The position numbers and the translations under genes are program-made. A model generated the notes under the pieces. It was given only the letters and a program-made list of their open reading frames with translations, searched no databases and was not told the DNA's origin. From Cyanobacteriota bacterium (GTDB taxonomy: Bacteria > Cyanobacteriota > Vampirovibrionia > Vampirovibrionales > Vampirovibrionaceae), in contig JAIEMW010000004.1 in NCBI GenBank assembly GCA_019751815.1, forward strand, positions 41,933-105,932: DNA of 64,000 bases, written 5' to 3'. Below are positions 1 to 8,621 of this stretch, piece by piece. Within the stretch, counting starts at the first letter, position 1. Each line of letters starts with the position of its first letter.

Positions 1-29
1 AAGCCAAAGCACAGAATCAGAGGGACCTT

Positions 30-596
30 ATGACCACGACGGCCGACCAGATTCAAAAATCCACTGAAGATAAAATGCACAAAGCCATTGCGGCAACTCA
101 ACATGAGATGAGTGCAATTCGCACCGGCCGAGCCAATCCGATGTTACTTGACCGGATTAGCTTAGACTATTACGGAACCCCCACCCCGTTAAAACAGGTG
201 GCCAACATTTCGGTTAAAGACGGGAGTTCTCTGGTTATTCAACCTTATGACAAGTCCCAATTAGCAGAAATCGAGAAGGCTATTGCCAAATCAGACTTGA
301 ATCTCCCCCCTAACAATGACGGTACGGTGATCCGCATCAGCATCCCACCTCTTTCTGAAGAGCGCCGTAAGGAAATGGTGAAGTCAGTTAAAAAAATAGG
401 CGAAGACGGGAAAGTGGCTATCCGCAACATCCGTCGTGATTCTACAGATGAGATTGAGAAGCTGAAAAAGTCCGAAAATCTCTCTGAAGACGATGTAAAA
501 CGCCGACAAGAGCAAATTCAGAAGCTCACCGACCGCTTTACCCAAGATATGGAACGACTGGTGAGCGAAAAAGAAAAAGAATTGATGGCTATTTAG
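30..596 (+). CDS. frr: ribosome recycling factor
   Basis: 188-aa protein matching the RRF family throughout, with the characteristic charged C-terminal helix (EDDVKRRQEQIQKLTD). RBS AGAGGGA sits upstream of the ATG. Confidence 0.9.
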   Translation: MTTTADQIQKSTEDKMHKAIAATQHEMSAIRTGRANPMLLDRISLDYYGTPTPLKQVANISVKDGSSLVIQPYDKSQLAEIEKAIAKSDLNLPPNNDGTVIRISIPPLSEERRKEMVKSVKKIGEDGKVAIRNIRRDSTDEIEKLKKSENLSEDDVKRRQEQIQKLTDRFTQDMERLVSEKEKELMAI

Positions 597-611
597 CCCA
601 GAGATTTTTTC

Positions 612-1556
612 ATGGACTCTACTTCAAGCCAACCTACCCCGGTTAGCCCAGGTATTCAGCGGTTAATGAGCCAAAGCAACCGAATTCGTATCGGTCTGTT
701 CGCTTTTTTTGTTCTGTTTTCTGTCACCTGGCTGGGTGGTTGGGTCTTCTCACTGTTTGTTGGGTTGATCTTCCTGATGTCCTTTCAGGAACTGAACGGC
801 ATTTTTCGGGCCAAAAATATACAACCCTCTCAGGTGATCGTCCTCACTACAGGCATTCTTATGCTGCTGGCAGCCAGTTTCGGGCGAACTCACTTTTTTC
901 TACCCATCCTCACCTTAGGAATTTTGGCAGGCTTTATCCGGCTTTTGTTTCGTCACCCCAGGGCCAGTATCCACGACATTGGTGCCACCTTTCTGGCCAT
1001 CTTCTACGTCGGTTTCCTCCCCATGCACTTTATTCTGCTGCGCAATCTGGGAACACCTCCTGGTGATATCTCCTTCAACCCGATCAAAGATGCGGGATTT
1101 GGCTATATGTTGCTCACCTTTCTAGTCATCACTTCCTCTGATGTCGGAAGCTATTATGCAGGCAAACTTTTCGGGAAAACACTGCTCTATCCAGAAGTAA
1201 GCCCGAAAAAAACGCGCGAAGGTGCCTTTGGCGGCCTACTCTTTGGCTGTTTTATGGGCATACTTTTTACACAGTTTCAAGGACTTGCGCTACCCCATGC
1301 GGTGATACTCTCACTGCTTGTTATCATTGCGGCGCAACTGGGAGATTTATTTGAATCCTTACTCAAGCGAGACGCAGGCGTGAAGGATTCTGGGAAATTA
1401 CTACTGGGCCACGGGGGCTTATTGGACCGAATGGATAGCTTTATTTTTTCGGGGGTCGTATCATATTATTATATCTATTGGGTAATTCTCGCTCAGGGCA
1501 TGGCGCAAGACATTCAACCCTTTCTCCACTCCCTGAACGGCCTTTTTAATCGTTAA
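612..1556 (+). CDS. cdsA: phosphatidate cytidylyltransferase (CDP-diglyceride synthase)
   Basis: Polytopic membrane protein carrying the CdsA C-terminal signature SLLKRDAGVKDSGKLLLGHGGLLDRMDS. It lies directly after frr, which is conserved frr-cdsA synteny. Confidence 0.85.
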   Translation: MDSTSSQPTPVSPGIQRLMSQSNRIRIGLFAFFVLFSVTWLGGWVFSLFVGLIFLMSFQELNGIFRAKNIQPSQVIVLTTGILMLLAASFGRTHFFLPILTLGILAGFIRLLFRHPRASIHDIGATFLAIFYVGFLPMHFILLRNLGTPPGDISFNPIKDAGFGYMLLTFLVITSSDVGSYYAGKLFGKTLLYPEVSPKKTREGAFGGLLFGCFMGILFTQFQGLALPHAVILSLLVIIAAQLGDLFESLLKRDAGVKDSGKLLLGHGGLLDRMDSFIFSGVVSYYYIYWVILAQGMAQDIQPFLHSLNGLFNR

Positions 1557-1594
1557 TTTATCCTGTTTGCTAGTTCAGAAGGCCTCATCTCACT

Positions 1595-2320
1595 ATGGAC
1601 GATCGCCGTCGCCTGCAACTCGACACGCTGATGGAATCACTGGATCTCTCACCCATTGAGACACCCTCTGTCTATGATTTGTTTGACCGTGCGCTGACAC
1701 ACAGCTCCTTCACCTACGAGAACAAGCTTAACTCTCTGGAAAACTATGAACGCTTGGAGTTTCTGGGGGATGCGGTTCTGAAACTCATTGTGAGTGAATA
1801 CCTCTTTGAACGCTTTCCAGATTATCGAGAAGGAGAGCTGACCAAGATACGTGCGGTCATTGTGAGCGATGCCACGCTGGCTGATTTTGCAAGGCTGATG
1901 GAACTTGGGGAATTTATGGTGTTCGGCAAAAGTGAGGCCCGTAATAATGGGGCCAATAAGGTTTCCAATCTTGCCTGCGGCTTTGAAGCCTTTCTGGGTG
2001 CTCTCTTTCTGGACGGCAGATTGGTCGAGATTCGTCACTTACTGGTCTCACTGCTGGAAGAGCAAGTGACATTGGTTGATATGAGTAAGACGAAGGATAA
2101 CTATAAGGCCGTTCTACAAGAACTGACTCAAGCTGAAGGCCACGGCATTCCAGCATACAGAACTGTATTGGAAGAGGGCCCCCCGCACAATAAAACGTTT
2201 TTCATTGAAGTGTTAGTCAACCAAGAGCCCGTCGGGCACGGACAGGGGAAATCAAAAAAAGAAGCCCAGCAAAGTGCGGCTAAAATGGCTCTGGAAGTGT
2301 TTAACGCGCTCGAAGAATAA
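1595..2320 (+). CDS. rnc: ribonuclease III
   Basis: RNase III catalytic signature ERLEFLGDAVL, followed by a C-terminal dsRNA-binding domain (PAYRTVLEEGPPHNKTF...GKSKKEAQQSAA). Confidence 0.9.
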   Translation: MDDRRRLQLDTLMESLDLSPIETPSVYDLFDRALTHSSFTYENKLNSLENYERLEFLGDAVLKLIVSEYLFERFPDYREGELTKIRAVIVSDATLADFARLMELGEFMVFGKSEARNNGANKVSNLACGFEAFLGALFLDGRLVEIRHLLVSLLEEQVTLVDMSKTKDNYKAVLQELTQAEGHGIPAYRTVLEEGPPHNKTFFIEVLVNQEPVGHGQGKSKKEAQQSAAKMALEVFNALEE

Positions 2321-2481
2321 ATTGAAGAATCACGAGAAGAATCCATTGATTTTTTTAGCGGGCAATTTTACCCACTTGTTTGTTTTTATTAAAATATCAA
2401 CCGATTCATATGCCGATTACTGACCGGTTATTTACGACTGGTCTTCTGACTACGCAAGATAGAGAGTGTGACAAGCCCGCA

Positions 2482-2796
2482 ATGTCTATTCTAAACACTG
2501 GATACACCCAGCTTGCTGCCCGTGCAGCATATTCACCCAGAACAAGTGGTCCTGCTGGAGCAGACCCCTCTCGCTATGCGGAACTATCCACAGGTCTTGC
2601 CAATACAGTAACCGGAAAAGAAACCCCAGAGGAATTAGTCGCCCTCAATGAAATTGATAAACAATTGAAACTGAAACTAGAAAAAAGCAAAATTCAGTAT
2701 GAATGGCAGAATGGTTTTAATGACTGGCTATTACAAATCAGCAAAAAGAATGTTGAACAAGCCCAACGCCGTGTTGACGCTGGTGCACTCGGTTAA
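2482..2796 (+). CDS. hypothetical protein, paralogue A (shared C-terminal IDKQL...RRVDAGALG motif)
   Basis: The ORF track gives 2380..2796. I prefer the internal ATG at 2482 (MSILNTG...), which gives ~104 aa and mirrors the MSI- start of the downstream paralogue. A rho-independent terminator follows. No recognisable family. Confidence 0.4.
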   Translation: MSILNTGYTQLAARAAYSPRTSGPAGADPSRYAELSTGLANTVTGKETPEELVALNEIDKQLKLKLEKSKIQYEWQNGFNDWLLQISKKNVEQAQRRVDAGALG

Positions 2797-2867
2797 TACA
2801 AAAATCAAGGCAAAACTACCTGCAAATACCAATTTTTAAATCTATTGCTTGAGTGAAACCCATTTTT

Positions 2868-2901
2868 ACCGATATCGCGTTTAACGAGGTATCGGTTTTT
2901 T
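2868..2901 (+). terminator. rho-independent terminator after paralogue A
   Basis: Stem ACCGATA / TATCGGT with a 15-nt loop, then a run of six T residues (2896-2901). Confidence 0.45.
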
Positions 2902-3100
2902 ATTTGTTTTACTTTTTTTATAATCTTAAAATGGTAACTAGCACAAAATTTTTAGATCATGTTTTTATGCCCTTGAGAGCAAATTTCAGGTACTGACCTG
3001 TCTATCATTTCGTTGCTGGGTTAAATACTTAGGGTATGTTGTTATTAATTTCGCTCTCGTGATGTGTAGCACAACAATCTTATTCGTGGGACGGTGAACA

Positions 3101-3403
3101 ATGAGTATTGCAACATTGGCAAGTAGCCTGATGGCGATTAACGGGATGCACCAAGCCAGTGCAACCCTATTTGGCGCAGCCGCACAGCAGCAGGGATTGG
3201 CATATCGAGTGGATCCCAGGCTGATGTTTTCGGGTGATTATCTCACGCTGTCCAAAGTCGACAAGCAACTCACCCTCAGGCAACGTATTGCAGCCTTTTT
3301 GTATGAAACTTGGCAGCAAATTTATGAGCGGGCCCGCCTGCAAGAGCTAAAAGATCTCTTGATGAAAGAACGGTTAAAAGACGCTGGTGCGCTTTACGTT
3401 TAA
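3101..3403 (+). CDS. hypothetical protein, paralogue B (C-terminal VDKQLTL...KDAGALYV)
   Basis: 100 aa. It aligns with paralogue A over the C-terminal ~50 residues (xDKQLxL...W...DAGAL). It has its own AT-rich upstream region with a TATAAT box near 2918. Confidence 0.45.
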   Translation: MSIATLASSLMAINGMHQASATLFGAAAQQQGLAYRVDPRLMFSGDYLTLSKVDKQLTLRQRIAAFLYETWQQIYERARLQELKDLLMKERLKDAGALYV

Positions 3404-3405
3404 AT

Positions 3406-4647
3406 TTAAATTTGCTTAATGTACACTTCCGATTGAAAGGGTAATTCGGGCGTGCTCTGGGGTAAATCCGGGTCAATATTATCGCCAATACCTTGAACGG
3501 ATTTTTTGATCCGACTGCGGGTACTGGCTGTTTTTGAAGCTGGGGGAGAATTACCTAAACGCTCGATCACCTTGGTGGCCATTTTTTCTTGTTCCAACTC
3601 TTTCTTTAAACGCTCATTCTCAGCGTTTAACTCCCGAATAGTCGCCTTCAAGACGGACAATTCAGACTCTTCTTTTTGCTTCTCAATACTTCGCTTTGCC
3701 ACTGCCTCTGTGAGTTGTGAGATGGCCTTTTCGAGTGAACTATTTTGGGTGGCCTGAAAGACCAAACCCGCCTCTGGAGTGGCTCCAGCATGTTTACAAA
3801 AGCGCTTTCTAACCTTCAATAATTTGGTTTTCCCCCGGGCGTATAAGTAAAATTCACCTGGATTTAATGCCTTAATTTGTGCAAAAGAAATACCGGCTTC
3901 ATTCAAAAAAGGCCGAATCGCTTTGTAGTCCTGTTCTGCTGTAATCCCGCCAAACCAAAAGCGATTACACTGACTCAAAATGTCCTTGCTGATACTGGCT
4001 GGGCGTTGTGTTGCCCACAGGCTATCAATGGCTCGTTTTCTGCCCCGTTTTGCAATCCGTTGACTGGGCAGTAAGGGATCGAGAAACTTTTTTCTACCCG
4101 ATCGGGTTGTTCCACCAGAACCGCCACTGCCAGCGACACCGGCTGTTTTTTGCGGGGCATAAATTTGCGCTTCTTCAATCACCAAGCGTATTTTACGGCG
4201 GTATTTTTGTTCCGCATGAAACAATTTATCAGCAATGATGGCATACAAGTGTTGCTGTTCTGCATCCAGATACTCTGAGAGATCAAACACCGCAGAGAGC
4301 CCAAATTGCAGCATCGAGTCAATATATAATTCGATCCCTTCTTCTTCCAATGGCAGATTGGCGTGCTCACCACCAATAATCATCATGGGATAACGCTCTG
4401 CCAGTGTAAAATGTTCTCCTTCGGGATCGATCACACACAAAAGCCCACCGGTTTCGAGTGTTTCTTCCATCAAAACGCCGGTTAAGTAGGATTTTCCCAT
4501 CCCGGATGAGGCCAATATAGCGTCTCGCTCACCCACAGCGGCAAAATCAGACAGCGGCACACTGAAGTGGGGAGAAACGCGAAGGGCTCGCTGAGACGGG
4601 TTACCTGTTGGAATGGCGGCCATGGATTTTTTGATAAAGTCAAACAT
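3406..4647 (-). CDS. HerA/FtsK-superfamily (DUF87-like) P-loop ATPase with a C-terminal coiled-coil and basic tail
   Basis: Walker A SSGMGKSYL. CVIDPEGEH block. Walker B RLVIEEAQ. HerA/VirB4-type ATQRPASISKDILSQCNRF segment with an arginine finger. A Gly-rich basic insertion (GVAGSGGSGGTTRSGRKK). About 110 aa of coiled-coil (EKQKEESELSVLKATIRELNAENERLKKELEQEK). Confidence 0.65.
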   Translation of the reverse strand: MFDFIKKSMAAIPTGNPSQRALRVSPHFSVPLSDFAAVGERDAILASSGMGKSYLTGVLMEETLETGGLLCVIDPEGEHFTLAERYPMMIIGGEHANLPLEEEGIELYIDSMLQFGLSAVFDLSEYLDAEQQHLYAIIADKLFHAEQKYRRKIRLVIEEAQIYAPQKTAGVAGSGGSGGTTRSGRKKFLDPLLPSQRIAKRGRKRAIDSLWATQRPASISKDILSQCNRFWFGGITAEQDYKAIRPFLNEAGISFAQIKALNPGEFYLYARGKTKLLKVRKRFCKHAGATPEAGLVFQATQNSSLEKAISQLTEAVAKRSIEKQKEESELSVLKATIRELNAENERLKKELEQEKMATKVIERLGNSPPASKTASTRSRIKKSVQGIGDNIDPDLPQSTPELPFQSEVYIKQI

Positions 4648-4813
4648 CTGGGCTCTTACTCTCTCTGAAAACCAGCGAACTCTGGCACGTTCTAAAAACG
4701 ACTGGTTATATTTTAGCGAAAAAACCGTCCTAGCAGGTCAGGCAAATAGAGGATATTCGTAAAACCTGCAGCGGAATAATGACAATACCTCATCACTCAG
4801 CAAAAGACAGGCT

Positions 4814-5503
4814 TTAAATCAGCAAATCTTCGCAGAAGGCCCCGTAGGATAGTTCCGGATGACGTATCTGGATTTCTAAAATCCAGATGCCCGGCTCTAC
4901 TGGCTCTGGATAAGTATTCAGCCCAGCTTTCCAGCCAGTGTGAGGGAAGGTCCCAATTAAGTGCCCGGCGGGTTCCAGTTGGAAGACATAGCCTGCCTCT
5001 TTTGCCAGTTGGTGAATATAGTTATACAGGGCGATTCCGGTTGGGCGTTGCTCTTTCCAAAAGGCCCTTGATAGTGTGTTGATCCGCTCACACTGGTTTT
5101 TGAGATCGATATAGAGGGGGTTATCACCCAAAACAAGGGTGCAGCCCACATCACCTTCAAACTGGAGACCGTCCACTTCCAGAGGAACCGGACCGATATC
5201 AATAGTGATAATATCACTTTCTTGGAGTGTTTCATCCGTTTGAGGTTTGTCTCGAAAGGTCAGAACCGTATTTTTGCCAAAATAAATATAAGGACGGTGC
5301 CACAGGGTGGTCACACCAGCCGCCTCAAACACGTGCATTGCCGTCCGTCGGGCAACAGACTCTTTCATGCCGGGTTTCAGTTGCTCTGCGATTCGAGCCA
5401 TCATCTGGTTGGCCAACTGTGAGGCCTCTTGACTGCGAGCCAGAATTTGTTCTGTGGCATAGTGTTTAACTGCTTGAACGGAGAGGGTTTCAGAGACTGT
5501 CAT
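4814..5503 (-). CDS. M24-family (creatinase/prolidase-like) metallopeptidase-domain protein, short form
   Basis: Pita-bread-fold residues are in order: DIITIDIG, GHLIGT, ILEIQI, FCEDLL. The N-terminal creatinase domain is absent. The ORF track starts at a TTG (5509); I chose the ATG two codons in. Confidence 0.5.
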   Translation of the reverse strand: MTVSETLSVQAVKHYATEQILARSQEASQLANQMMARIAEQLKPGMKESVARRTAMHVFEAAGVTTLWHRPYIYFGKNTVLTFRDKPQTDETLQESDIITIDIGPVPLEVDGLQFEGDVGCTLVLGDNPLYIDLKNQCERINTLSRAFWKEQRPTGIALYNYIHQLAKEAGYVFQLEPAGHLIGTFPHTGWKAGLNTYPEPVEPGIWILEIQIRHPELSYGAFCEDLLI

Positions 5504-5559
5504 AATCAAAAATCAAACCTCGGTTATGTTTTGCTGGTTTTAGCTCACTGGTTTTAGCA

Positions 5560-5595
5560 CAAGTGATTCTAGCACAAAGCCACTCGTGTATAATG
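5560..5595 (+). promoter_or_regulatory. putative sigma-70-type promoter for the 5632 gene
   Basis: Exact TATAAT at 5589-5594, about 37 nt upstream of the ATG. The -35 element is weak. Confidence 0.3.
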
Positions 5596-5631
5596 TCCGG
5601 GCAGGCCAATAAATAGACAGGAGTCAACCCC

Positions 5632-5895
5632 ATGACGAACACTCACTCAGAGCCCAGAAAAGGGAGTACCATTATCGGCGGGATCCCCTGGCTGGCCAGA
5701 ATGATTGACAAGGCCCGACTGGAAGCCGCAGGCGTCATCGACACCTATGATTTGGAATACCCTTGCCCGATGGACCGCGGCCTTTTGGGTCAGCTGGGAA
5801 TTGACGCAAAGACATTTCAGACGCTGGCTGTTGAAAACCCCAGTGATGAAGCAATTTTGGCAGCACTCAAAGAAAAAGGCGCTGCCATTCACTAG
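5632..5895 (+). CDS. small conserved protein (DUF5069-like)
   Basis: 87 aa with GGIPWLARMIDKARLEAAG ... YPCPMD. GGAG RBS 10 nt upstream of the ATG. The family assignment is from memory. Confidence 0.5.
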   Translation: MTNTHSEPRKGSTIIGGIPWLARMIDKARLEAAGVIDTYDLEYPCPMDRGLLGQLGIDAKTFQTLAVENPSDEAILAALKEKGAAIH

Positions 5896-6040
5896 CGTTA
5901 TATGAGTGATCACAAACACTTCACTGCCTGAGTCTCCTAAGATAAAGGGAGCTGTATTTTTGATGGGAAGTTGTTTTTGTCCCATTTTGAGCAACCCTGT
6001 ATTGCTGTCTGTTATTGACTTTTTATGAGGGAGTAGCCCC

Positions 6041-6865
6041 GTGTCTGACTCTTTGCAAGCCATGAAATCCACCCCCTTGAAATCAACCCAGGGCTGGATC
6101 ACGTTTCGAACCGACGCCTGGTGGGTTGAGCCACTGTTGACGTTAATTATTCTTGGCTCTTTTGGGATGTATGCCACCTGGGCAGCCTTGCAAGGCGTCA
6201 ATTATCAATGGGGACCCTATCTCTCACCGTTCTATTCTCCCAATCTGGTCGAGTGGTTTCCGCAATGGTTTGGCAGCTGGCCTTTTTCTCCTGCAGTACT
6301 GATTCTCCCCTTTCCGCTTGTGTTTCGAGCCACCTGCTATTACTACCGTAAGGCGTATTACCGCTCTTTTTTCACCAGCCCGCCAGCCTGTGCTGTTGAT
6401 ATTACGGGGCAAGCGCCCAAGAGCCCTTTGGCATTATTGCTGGGCCAGGGCAAAGGCTACACCGGAGAAACCGCATTTCCTTTGATTTTGCAGAATGCCC
6501 ACCGTTACGCCTTCTATTTTGCAGCCCTGTTTATCTTTATCCTGGGCTACGACGCCATTAAGGCCTATGTCTGGACCGATGGTTTTCATGTAGGGGTTGG
6601 TTCTTTGGTGCTCACCATTAACGTTGCCCTGCTCGGTCTTTATACCTTCTCTTGTCACTCCTGGCGGCATTTACTGGGGGGCTGCATTGATTGCTTCTCC
6701 TGCGACAAAATGACACAGGTGCGTCACAAGGCCTGGGAGCGTCAAAGCCTTCTGAACGAGAAACATATGCAGTTTGCATGGGCCAGTCTGCTTTGGGTGG
6801 CCTTTTCTGATATTTACGTTCGCCTTGTTTCCAGCGGCGTCTGGACCGATTACCGTCTTTTCTAG
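6041..6865 (+). CDS. sdhC: succinate dehydrogenase/fumarate reductase membrane anchor, cytochrome b (type B, single 5-TM subunit)
   Basis: Five predicted TM helices with conserved His residues (HSWRH). It lies immediately upstream of sdhA-sdhB in C-A-B order. GTG start with GAGGGA RBS. C-terminal CIDCFSC cluster. Confidence 0.55.
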   Translation: MSDSLQAMKSTPLKSTQGWITFRTDAWWVEPLLTLIILGSFGMYATWAALQGVNYQWGPYLSPFYSPNLVEWFPQWFGSWPFSPAVLILPFPLVFRATCYYYRKAYYRSFFTSPPACAVDITGQAPKSPLALLLGQGKGYTGETAFPLILQNAHRYAFYFAALFIFILGYDAIKAYVWTDGFHVGVGSLVLTINVALLGLYTFSCHSWRHLLGGCIDCFSCDKMTQVRHKAWERQSLLNEKHMQFAWASLLWVAFSDIYVRLVSSGVWTDYRLF

Positions 6866-6883
6866 AGCAGAGGCTTTTGATTC

Positions 6884-8614
6884 ATGACCAGCTACAACAC
6901 AAAGTACGAAACCCATACACACGACGTCGTCGTGGTAGGTGCCGGTGGTGCGGGTCTGCGCGCCGCTATTGAGGCTTCTTCTCAAGGTCTTTCCGTGGCC
7001 TTGGTGTGCAAATCGCTTTTGGGAAAAGCCCACACCGTCATGGCGGAAGGCGGGGTCGCTGCGGCAATGGCCAATGTGGATTCTGCCGATGGTTGGCAAA
7101 CTCACTTTAAAGACACCATGAAGGGCGGAAAGTTTTTAAACAATTGGCGTATGGCCCAACTCCATGCGCAAGAAGCCCCAGACAGAATACGTGAGCTTGA
7201 GCGTTGGGGTGCTGTGTTTGACCGCACGCCGGATGGACGAATCTTGCAGCGTCCTTTTGGCGGGCATACTTACCGCAGACTCTGCCATGTGGGTGACAGG
7301 ACCGGTCTGGAGCTGATCAGAACGCTTCAAGACAAAGGGGTTCACTCTGGCATTGATGTCTTTATGGAATGTACGCTCACGCATCTTCTCAAGGACGGTG
7401 ACCGTATCTCTGGTGCCTTTGGATACTGGCGTGAGTCCGGCCGATTTGTGATTTTCAATACCAAGGCGGTTATTTTGGCCACGGGTGGTATTGGTAAAGC
7501 CTTCAAAGTCACCTCCAACTCTTGGGAATATACAGCTGACGGGCATGCGATGGCCTACAATATTGGCGCCGAGATGATTGATATGGAGTTTATCCAATTC
7601 CACCCAACCGGCATGGTATGGCCCCCCGGTGTCAAGGGCATTCTGGTCACTGAAGCGGTTCGCGGGGAAGGCGGTCGCCTCACCAACAACAAAGGTGAGC
7701 GCTTTATGCAAAACGTGGACCCAGAGCGGATGGAACTTTCCACCAGAGACATTGTGGCCAAAGCCATTAACCGCGAAGTCAAAGAAGGCCGAGGAAGCCC
7801 ACACGGTGGTGTTTTCTTGGATATTTCGTACCGCGGTGCTGATTACATCAAGAAAAAACTGCCCAGCATGTACCATCAATTTATGGAACTGGCCGATGTA
7901 GACATCACCAAAGGGCCAATGGAAGTTGGCCCCACCACCCACTACACGATGGGCGGTCTGAGAGTGGATCCAGAAAGTCAGCAGACCAATATCCCTGGTT
8001 TGTTTGCCGCTGGTGAAGTATCCGCAGGGATGCACGGTGGCAACCGTCTGGGTGGGAATTCCCTGTCTGACCTCTTGGTATTCGGTCGGCGCGCTGGATT
8101 GGGCGCTGCGGAATTTGCAAAAGCCACACAGCAATTCCCCAGTATCAATGATGCAGATGTTGAAAAGGCGATTGTTGAAGTTTCTGAACCCTTTGAACGG
8201 GACAAGGGTGAAAGCCCTTATGCTGTTCACCGGGATCTCCAAGACTTGATGCAGAATAAAGTTGGCATTATCCGCAAAGAGGCAGAACTTCATGAGGCCG
8301 TGACTGAACTGCAAGCCCTTAAAGAACGTGCCCGGGTCTGCTCAGTAGAAGGATCGAGACAATTTAACCCAGGTTGGCACTTGGCGCTGGATTTACGCTC
8401 TATGCTGATAGCCTCTGAAGCTGCCGCCCGCTGCGCGCTCCAACGGAAAGAAAGTCGTGGAGGGCATACACGAGAAGACTTTCCCGAATATGATGCCCAC
8501 TGGAGCACGGTCAACTCAACCATTCGCAAAGACGGTGACGCCATGGCTGTTAGCACGTCCCCCCTGCCCGAAATGCCGAGCGAGTTAAAGCAATTGTTTG
8601 AGGAGGCGAAATAA
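6884..8614 (+). CDS. sdhA: succinate dehydrogenase flavoprotein subunit
   Basis: FAD-binding N-terminus VVVVGAGGAGLRAA. Full-length match to the SdhA/FrdA family (576 aa). RBS GAGG. Confidence 0.95.
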   Translation: MTSYNTKYETHTHDVVVVGAGGAGLRAAIEASSQGLSVALVCKSLLGKAHTVMAEGGVAAAMANVDSADGWQTHFKDTMKGGKFLNNWRMAQLHAQEAPDRIRELERWGAVFDRTPDGRILQRPFGGHTYRRLCHVGDRTGLELIRTLQDKGVHSGIDVFMECTLTHLLKDGDRISGAFGYWRESGRFVIFNTKAVILATGGIGKAFKVTSNSWEYTADGHAMAYNIGAEMIDMEFIQFHPTGMVWPPGVKGILVTEAVRGEGGRLTNNKGERFMQNVDPERMELSTRDIVAKAINREVKEGRGSPHGGVFLDISYRGADYIKKKLPSMYHQFMELADVDITKGPMEVGPTTHYTMGGLRVDPESQQTNIPGLFAAGEVSAGMHGGNRLGGNSLSDLLVFGRRAGLGAAEFAKATQQFPSINDADVEKAIVEVSEPFERDKGESPYAVHRDLQDLMQNKVGIIRKEAELHEAVTELQALKERARVCSVEGSRQFNPGWHLALDLRSMLIASEAAARCALQRKESRGGHTREDFPEYDAHWSTVNSTIRKDGDAMAVSTSPLPEMPSELKQLFEEAK

Positions 8615-8621
8615 GAGCCCT

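Noticed and set aside
5647-6201. 184-aa minus-strand ORF overlapping the DUF5069-like gene and the sdhC start
   Set aside because: It has no RBS and a nonsense-like composition (Cys/Asn/Gly-rich), and it spans an intergenic region. The plus-strand genes have RBSs and a TATAAT promoter.
7136-8314. 392-aa antisense ORF inside sdhA (and smaller ones at 7555-7782 and 7905-8205)
   Set aside because: sdhA on the plus strand has unambiguous full-length homology. The antisense frame is Arg/Gly/Pro-rich, as expected for a GC-rich reverse frame, and has no motifs.
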